Of a stretch of DNA of 64,000 nt, positions 58,201-64,000 are shown piece by piece. The notes under the pieces are model-generated. The model searched no databases and had not been told where the DNA came from. It worked only from the letters and a program-made list of their open reading frames with translations. A program made the position numbers and the translations under genes. The first letter of the stretch is position 1; every line of letters starts with the position of its first letter. The DNA is from Nitrospirota bacterium. GTDB lineage: Bacteria; Nitrospirota; UBA9217. Location: positions 32,001-96,000 of the forward strand of contig CAVVOB010000019.1 in assembly GCA_963749655.1 (NCBI GenBank), in the 5' to 3' direction.

Positions 58201-59220
58201 ATGAAGAAGAACGAACTTGAAGCCACGGCCAGCGCCCTTGTTTCAAAGGGCAAAGGTCTGCTTGCGGCTGATGAAAGTTTTCCCACCATCGAGAAACGTT
58301 TTAACGCACTCAACATAAAATCAACGGAAGAAAGCCGCAGGTCCTATCGCGGGCTGCTGTTTACGACCAACGGCATAGAGGCCGGCATCAGCGGCGTCAT
58401 CCTGTTCGATGAAACCATTCGCCAAAAAGCCGATGACGGTACGCTGTTCGTCGATCTCCTGAAAAGAAAAGACATCATTCCGGGCATCAAGGTCGACAAG
58501 GGCACAGTGAACATGCCCGCCTTTCCCGGCGAAAAAATCACCGCAGGCCTTGACGGACTGCGCGAGCGGCTGGCTGAGTATCGCAGCCTCGGCGCACAAT
58601 TCACGAAATGGCGGGCAGTCATCTCAATCGGCGACGGAATCCCGACGCGTGCCAACCTACGGGCCAATGCCCATGGACTGGCTGTCTTTGCCGCGCTGTC
58701 CCAGGAAGCGGGACTCGTGCCCGTGGTAGAGCCCGAAGTCTTGATGGACGGCAACCATGACATCAAGCGGTGCGAAGAGGTCACCCTGGCGGCGCTTGAA
58801 GAAGTTTTTTCCAGCCTCCATGAGTACCGTGTGGCCCTCGAAGGCATGCTGCTCAAGCCTGCGATGATCCTGCCGGGCAAAGGGGCGATGAAACAGGCCC
58901 GGCCGGAGGAGATTGCCGAGCGGACCATTACAACTCTGCGCAGGGTCGTGCCCGCTGCTGTTCCCGGCATCGTGTTCCTGTCAGGAGGACAAAGCCCGGA
59001 GCAGGCAACGAACAACCTGAATGCCATGAACATACTCGGCCCCCATCCCTGGGAAGTCAGCTTCTCCTTCGGACGGGCGCTGCAGGAGCCTGCGCTCAGC
59101 ACCTGGAAAGGTTCGGAAGCCAATGGCGCGGCAGCACAGCGGCTGTTCAAGCATCGCGTACTATGCAACAGCAAGGCACGGTTCGGAGACTATACGGAAG
59201 AGTTGGAAAAGGCCGCTTAG
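58201..59220 (+). CDS. fructose-1,6-bisphosphate aldolase class I
   Basis: GKGLLAADES, GVILFDET, PGIKVDKG, FTKWRAV, VPVVEPEV, LLKPAM, FLSGGQS, SFSFGRALQ. Confidence 0.96.
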   Translation: MKKNELEATASALVSKGKGLLAADESFPTIEKRFNALNIKSTEESRRSYRGLLFTTNGIEAGISGVILFDETIRQKADDGTLFVDLLKRKDIIPGIKVDKGTVNMPAFPGEKITAGLDGLRERLAEYRSLGAQFTKWRAVISIGDGIPTRANLRANAHGLAVFAALSQEAGLVPVVEPEVLMDGNHDIKRCEEVTLAALEEVFSSLHEYRVALEGMLLKPAMILPGKGAMKQARPEEIAERTITTLRRVVPAAVPGIVFLSGGQSPEQATNNLNAMNILGPHPWEVSFSFGRALQEPALSTWKGSEANGAAAQRLFKHRVLCNSKARFGDYTEELEKAA

Positions 59221-59238
59221 AATGCCGACGGACGTGAA

Positions 59239-59327
59239 CCGCGAAGGCGCGAAGGTCGCGAGGAAACCTAAAGGCAACGAAGAATTCCTCTGTTTTGAAA
59301 CCCTTTGCGACCTTCGCGCCTTCGCGG
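59239..59327. repeat. hairpin of 9-bp periodic units (ccgcgaaggcgcgaaggtcgcgagg / ctttgcgaccttcgcgccttcgcgg)
   Basis: 23/25 inverted match; same family as 34871-34963. Confidence 0.8.
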
Positions 59328-59452
59328 AAAATTGCGCTTGATTTGGCATTGACCGCGCTGCTCGTTGTTTACGACGGGTATTTTTTTCTTGATACCCGGG
59401 CCTTGAGTGGTATAGTATCCGGGCTTCACATGACCGCAGGGAAGGGAAGACC

Positions 59453-59827
59453 GTGTACGTGAAAAAATTCCAGGACCTGGAAAACTTCACCTCCGACGAC
59501 GTACGCGCGGCCCTGTTGCGGGATGATCCTGAAGAGCTCGTCCTGGTCGCCATCACGATCGCCCTGGCATCGCCGGATTTCCCCTTTGCCCAGGAGGTCT
59601 GCAGAAGGCTCAGCATGCACCCTGACGGCCTGATCCGCGGCAACGCACTCGCCAGTCTGGGGCATCTGGCCAGGCGTTTTCGGGACCTCGACGAAGAGGC
59701 AGTCAAGCCTCTTGTCGAGGCCGCCCTCCAGGACCCCGATGCCTACGTGCGCATGAATGCAAAGTCTGCGGCCGACGAGATCCACCAGTTCCTTCACTGG
59801 TCCATTGCCGGGCATGTCTACGGGTAA
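59453..59827 (+). CDS. HEAT-repeat small protein, CdiI(536)-like immunity candidate
   Basis: IRGNALASLGHLARRF and ALQDPDAYVRMNAKSAADEI HEAT-like repeats; candidate promoter TTGATA-16-TATAGT at 59389-59416. Confidence 0.7.
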   Translation: MYVKKFQDLENFTSDDVRAALLRDDPEELVLVAITIALASPDFPFAQEVCRRLSMHPDGLIRGNALASLGHLARRFRDLDEEAVKPLVEAALQDPDAYVRMNAKSAADEIHQFLHWSIAGHVYG

Positions 59828-59876
59828 GAAACCGGCCCCTCATCTGCCCACTCCATCACAGCAGGAAAGGATCACT

Positions 59877-60557
59877 ATGACGTTTTCAGACCAGCTTCGC
59901 AGCCGCCTCGAACAATATGCCCTCATCTCCCTTGAAAAGCAGGACCGGCTTGACCTGCTTCTGGGCGATCATCTGCACGAGCTCGATCTGGACAAGGGCG
60001 TGATCCGGTGCAACGACTACGAATTCACGATGCAGGTGATCGGGACCGAATCGGACAATACCCTCACCTGGCTCTGGGCTTGGGCCGACGAACAGACAGA
60101 GGAGCTCCCTCAGAACCTGCTGGATGCGTCGCTCCAGCTGCAGGACTGGGGCCGGAGCGAAACAGTGCCGGAATTCACGATCCCTTCCCTTGACCTTGAC
60201 CGCGCCGACGGCCACACGGTTTCGCTGGTTGCCGCCCACGTCTGCAGCGCGAGCTGTTTTTACCGGGAAGTCTTCGAGGGGGGGGCCGTGTACATCCTGC
60301 TCTTCGACAACAGGATCGATGCGCAGTTTCCCTTTGATCGTGAGCGCCTGCTGCGCAGCCTTCGCGATCTCTTTTCCCGGTACGAACTCAATCACCGCCA
60401 TGCGGTGATATCCTACCTTCAGCTGAAAGGGCTGCCCTTCTCAGAATCCGGTCCTTCCATCACCTTCTTCCTGCAGTCACGGGAGCAGCTCCGGCTCGAA
60501 TTCGATCCCCAGGGGATATTGACATCCGTTGACGGCGCCCCGTTTTCGCTTGTTTGA
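59877..60557 (+). CDS. DUF6882-like protein
   Basis: LEKQDRL, QVIGTESDNTLTWLWAWA motif; AAAGGA RBS; family name recalled, not searched. Confidence 0.7.
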   Translation: MTFSDQLRSRLEQYALISLEKQDRLDLLLGDHLHELDLDKGVIRCNDYEFTMQVIGTESDNTLTWLWAWADEQTEELPQNLLDASLQLQDWGRSETVPEFTIPSLDLDRADGHTVSLVAAHVCSASCFYREVFEGGAVYILLFDNRIDAQFPFDRERLLRSLRDLFSRYELNHRHAVISYLQLKGLPFSESGPSITFFLQSREQLRLEFDPQGILTSVDGAPFSLV

Positions 60558-60821
60558 TTCATGACCGGAAAAAATCCAAGAGTAATTCACCACGGATGAA
60601 CAGGGATAAATTCCGGAGTGAATGATGACCTTGCAGCTCAGTGCGGGGGGGGGGACCGAAGACGTTGTGATCTCAACAGACGATCGGGGCTTCTGCCGGA
60701 CTGGGTTGGGAACCTTAACGGGGCTACGACGCTGATTCGACATGCTGCACAATCACAAACTGAAACATGCCTCTGAGTTTACATTTTTCCCGAATTCATC
60801 CCTGGTTCCAACCGTTGCCGC

Positions 60822-62582
60822 TCAAGGCAGGACATCGTTCACGGGACGGGTCTTGTTTAACTCCGGCAGCGGGGCTTGCTCGGCAGTCAGGGGCAGATAG
60901 ATCTCGAACGTCGTTCCTTTTCCCACCGTGCTCTCCACTCTGATCTCGCCGCCATGGCCTTTCACGATGCCGTAGGCCGTTGCCAGCCCGAGTCCCGTGC
61001 CCTTGCCTGCCGGCTTTGTCGTGAAGAAGGGATCGAAGATCCTGTCCATGTTCTCGCGGGAAATACCGGCGCCGGTGTCGGCCACGGTGAGGACTGCGTA
61101 GTCCCCTGCCGGAAGGAACGGATACTGGGCATTCTCTCCCCCGCTGATCCGTCTCCGGTCCGTCGAGATCGTCAGGGTGCCTCCGTTCGGCATGGCGTCC
61201 ATGGCATTCATCGCGAGATTGGCGATCACCTGTTCGATATGAATGCCGTCCCCCCGGATGTCGGGCATATCAGGGCGGAGCACGATAGGGGCTGTTATGT
61301 TCCGGTCGATGAAGGTCCGGCCGAGGAGCTCTGCGGCGTCCTTTACCACGTCGTTCAAATTGACCGGCACCAGCTCCAGCCGCTCCTTGCGGGCAAAGCT
61401 CAGCAGCTTCGACACCATCTGGTGAGAGCGACGGGCCGCGTTTTCGATGGTCGTTACCCGTTCCTTGCCGAACTCATCGCCTGAAAGGCGCCGGCGCAAA
61501 ACTTCCGTATGGCTCAGGATCGCAGTGAGGACGTTGTTGAAGTCGTGGGCAATGCCTCCCGCGAGGACCCCCAGGGATTCCATTTTCTGGGACTGAAGCA
61601 CCTGCTCGCGGAGTTTCATCTTCTCGGTGATGTCCCGGTAGAACGACTGGATGTGTGCCGTCCCGCCGATGTCGATCGCCCGGGAGCTGATCTCGAAACA
61701 GATGCGGCTGCCCTCCTTGCGATAATGTTCGGCCTCGTACACCAGCGATTCGCCGTTCATGATTTTCTGCAAACGTTCATCAACCTCGCCTTTGCGCTGT
61801 TCGATCTCGATCAGACGGATGTTCGTTCCGACGGCGGATTCGCGGTCAAAGCCGTGGAGTTCGCAGAAACGGTGGTTCACATCGGTTATGTTCCCGCTTC
61901 GGTCCAGGACGGCGATCCCGTCGTGGGCGTGGTCGAAGAGTGCACGGTATTTCTGCTCAGTAATCGCAAGCGCTCCCGCTTTCTCGGTGACGAGGGTCTC
62001 AAGCTCGCGCTTGTCGTCGGAAAGTTCGGCCCTGAGCTGCAATTCCGAAAGCAGCAGCTTCTGGTTGCTGTACCGGAGCAGGAGCCCGATGACGAACATG
62101 GAAATCAGGAAGGCATTGTTGCTGACGAACACGCCGCTCGTGACGTTCTCGGTCAGAAAGATGGGAACCGCATAGATGGTGTAGACGATGCCCACCAGGA
62201 GGAACGACAGCGCCATCCCCATGGGCGCGAAACCCAGGCAGCAGATCGTCAGGATCATCATGGCCGCGTAATAGACCGAGTTCTGGCCGCCGCTCTGCAG
62301 GACTGCGAGCTCGACCGTGACGGCGCTGAGCGTGGCGCCGATGGCGGCGATGCTGTACTGGTAAAGCTTGTTCCGGTGCAGTTTGTTCAGAAAATACAGC
62401 ATGACCAGGATTACGGCGATGACCAGACGGTACATCATGAAACGCATGAACAAATGGGGGGAAACGAAATAGTCCATGAATTCCAGGACAGGGAACAGCA
62501 CAGCGCCCATGAGAAGGATTGTCCCTATCCAGGTTTGCGTCAGGCGGCTCAAATGGTCTTCAGGCGAGAAATGCCGGTCCAT
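60822..62582 (-). CDS. membrane-bound PAS sensor histidine kinase
   Basis: About 6 [39 protein letters not shown]; no receiver domain. Confidence 0.93.
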   Translation of the reverse strand: MDRHFSPEDHLSRLTQTWIGTILLMGAVLFPVLEFMDYFVSPHLFMRFMMYRLVIAVILVMLYFLNKLHRNKLYQYSIAAIGATLSAVTVELAVLQSGGQNSVYYAAMMILTICCLGFAPMGMALSFLLVGIVYTIYAVPIFLTENVTSGVFVSNNAFLISMFVIGLLLRYSNQKLLLSELQLRAELSDDKRELETLVTEKAGALAITEQKYRALFDHAHDGIAVLDRSGNITDVNHRFCELHGFDRESAVGTNIRLIEIEQRKGEVDERLQKIMNGESLVYEAEHYRKEGSRICFEISSRAIDIGGTAHIQSFYRDITEKMKLREQVLQSQKMESLGVLAGGIAHDFNNVLTAILSHTEVLRRRLSGDEFGKERVTTIENAARRSHQMVSKLLSFARKERLELVPVNLNDVVKDAAELLGRTFIDRNITAPIVLRPDMPDIRGDGIHIEQVIANLAMNAMDAMPNGGTLTISTDRRRISGGENAQYPFLPAGDYAVLTVADTGAGISRENMDRIFDPFFTTKPAGKGTGLGLATAYGIVKGHGGEIRVESTVGKGTTFEIYLPLTAEQAPLPELNKTRPVNDVLP

Positions 62583-62658
62583 GAGGGAATTATAGCACTG
62601 GAATTATTGCAGTATCAACTATTTTTTGGAGACCGTCCGAACATGGGCTGGTAAGTCT

Positions 62659-62819
62659 GCATAGGTCAGAGCGCATGGTGCATAGCGAACCTGCGTAAAG
62701 AAGAGGAAAGTGCAGAGGGTTATGCCCCATTCTCTATGCTCTATGCCCCATGCTCCATGCCCCATGCTTTATGCGCCATGCTCTCTGCCCCATGCCCCAT
62801 GCTCCATGCCCTCTGCTCC
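62659..62819. repeat. heptamer array (14 units ATGCYCY-like, 62722-62819) with a shorter inverted arm upstream
   Basis: atgcccc attctct atgctct atgcccc atgctcc atgcccc atgcttt atgcgcc atgctct ctgcccc atgcccc atgctcc atgccct ctgctcc. Confidence 0.85.
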
Positions 62820-62832
62820 CGAAACCCGCGGC

Positions 62833-62861
62833 TTGACACATGCGATGATTCGCGGTATGCT
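62833..62861 (+). promoter_or_regulatory. candidate sigma70 promoter
   Basis: TTGACA-17 bp-TATGCT, 65 bp before ATG 62926. Confidence 0.6.
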
Positions 62862-62925
62862 GGCGCACCTGGGAAGATGAAAAACTCTTCCGCGGAGAGA
62901 ACAGCGTCACTGTCGGGAGAATATC

Positions 62926-63750
62926 ATGTCTTTGTTGAACAACCTTGAGCGGAAATTCCGCCGCTATGCAATTACGAACGTAACCCTCTATCTCATTCTG
63001 GGCCAGGTGCTCTTTTTTGTGTTCGTCCTGTCAGGCCGTTTTATCCTCGATCGGGTCGTGCTGGTCCCCGACCGGGTCCTTGCCGGCGAGTGGTGGCGGC
63101 TCATCACGTTCCTGTTCATCCCGCCCATGACGAACCCTATATTCGCATTCTTCGCCTGGTACATGTTCTACCTCATGGGCGGAGCGCTTGAAGGCCACTG
63201 GGGGGCCTTCCGGTACAATCTCTTCCTGCTCGTCGGGTATATCGTGACCGTGGCGGTGACCTTTCTCTTTCCCTACTCCGCGGCCACGAACGTCTTCATC
63301 GGCGGTTCGGTGTTCCTGGCCTTTGCATATCTCTATCCCGAGTTCCAGCTTTATATCTTCTTCATTCTGCCCGTCAAGATCAAGTGGCTTGCGCTCCTTA
63401 CCTGGCTCGGTTATGCCTATGAGATGTTCGTTGGAGACTGGCACACGCGCGTGCTCGTTCTTGCTTCGATCAGCAATTTTCTCCTGTTCTTCGGCAGTGA
63501 CATTTACTGGAAAATGAAGACCGGAAAGCGTACCATGACCGCCCAGGCAAGCCGGTTCACGGAAAAGAAGCAGCCCTTCCATACCTGCGCTGTCTGCGGC
63601 AAGACCGACCTCTCGGACCCCCGGATGGAGTTTCGCTATTGCTCCGACTGCAACGGCCTCGGATACTGCAAGGACCATATTTTCAACCACGAACATGCCC
63701 GGAATAAAGCCAAGCAAGAAATCCGGACAAGCGGGGCCTTCATCTCCTAG
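62926..63750 (+). CDS. rhomboid-like membrane protein with C-terminal Zn-finger
   Basis: GEWWRLITFLF, LEGHWG, FFILPVKIKWL; CAVC...FRYCSDC...YCKDH. Confidence 0.8.
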   Translation: MSLLNNLERKFRRYAITNVTLYLILGQVLFFVFVLSGRFILDRVVLVPDRVLAGEWWRLITFLFIPPMTNPIFAFFAWYMFYLMGGALEGHWGAFRYNLFLLVGYIVTVAVTFLFPYSAATNVFIGGSVFLAFAYLYPEFQLYIFFILPVKIKWLALLTWLGYAYEMFVGDWHTRVLVLASISNFLLFFGSDIYWKMKTGKRTMTAQASRFTEKKQPFHTCAVCGKTDLSDPRMEFRYCSDCNGLGYCKDHIFNHEHARNKAKQEIRTSGAFIS

Positions 63751-64000
63751 CGCTGGACCGCGGTGCACTGGCGTCGACTGACGTCAGAGCGAAGCTCCTA
63801 CGACACGCCGATTCAGAATGAACTCCCATTGCCACGCTGATCGCCGACGTTACGGCATCTTCATGGAGCCCGAAGCCGAAGTGGCTGCCGCAGTAATAGG
63901 TATTGTTCCTCCCGTTGAGCGATGGAAGTTCCCCGATGGTCCTGCAGGAATTGAAATCGAAGAGGGGCGTCCTGAACACCTTCTCGAACACGATGAGGTC
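63740..64000 (-). CDS. C-terminal part of an FAD-dependent oxidoreductase (COG2907-like), truncated by window edge
   Basis: LNGRNNTYYCGSHFGFGLHEDAVTSA motif; true stop uncertain. Confidence 0.7.
   Translation of the reverse strand, partial: DLIVFEKVFRTPLFDFNSCRTIGELPSLNGRNNTYYCGSHFGFGLHEDAVTSAISVAMGVHSESACRRSFALTSVDASAPRSSARR

Overview
A GC-rich bacterial chromosomal segment. Gene content and style suggest an anaerobic Nitrospirota/Desulfobacterota-like organism, which is inference only. The window appears to span the replication terminus: there is a near-consensus dif (XerC/D) site at 37961-37988, and GGGNAGGG (KOPS-like) octamers mostly converge on it. Housekeeping content includes two c7-type cytochromes, c-di-GMP and two-component signalling genes, class II and class I aldolases and clpS. 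It also carries a long LPS/envelope cluster (GT9, rfaE1, rmlACDB, ugd, UDP-GlcA decarboxylase, kdsB-pyrG-kdsA-kdsD-kdsC-lpxL-pgsA-plsY), hsp20-lon-lipA, a selenocysteine formate dehydrogenase operon (fdnGHI-like), htpX, dnaE and three tRNAs (Leu-TAA, Gly-GCC, Cys-GCA). Many genes between about 23-34 kb and 43-54 kb carry single-base frameshifts, most likely long-read or assembly errors. The best candidate for an undescribed system is a low-GC two-gene island just right of dif: a DUF3800-like RNase H-fold protein with an extra helical N-terminal domain, plus a fused Mrr-like PD-(D/E)xK nuclease/ImmA-IrrE HExxH metallopeptidase, a plausible anti-phage module. Other notable items are a 164-bp-period tRNA-Leu-linked repeat with an antisense copy of the T-arm, a 7-bp tandem repeat that sets the rmlB reading frame, nested MITE/palindrome elements, an intact IS with reiterated end motifs, and two candidate orphan immunity genes.
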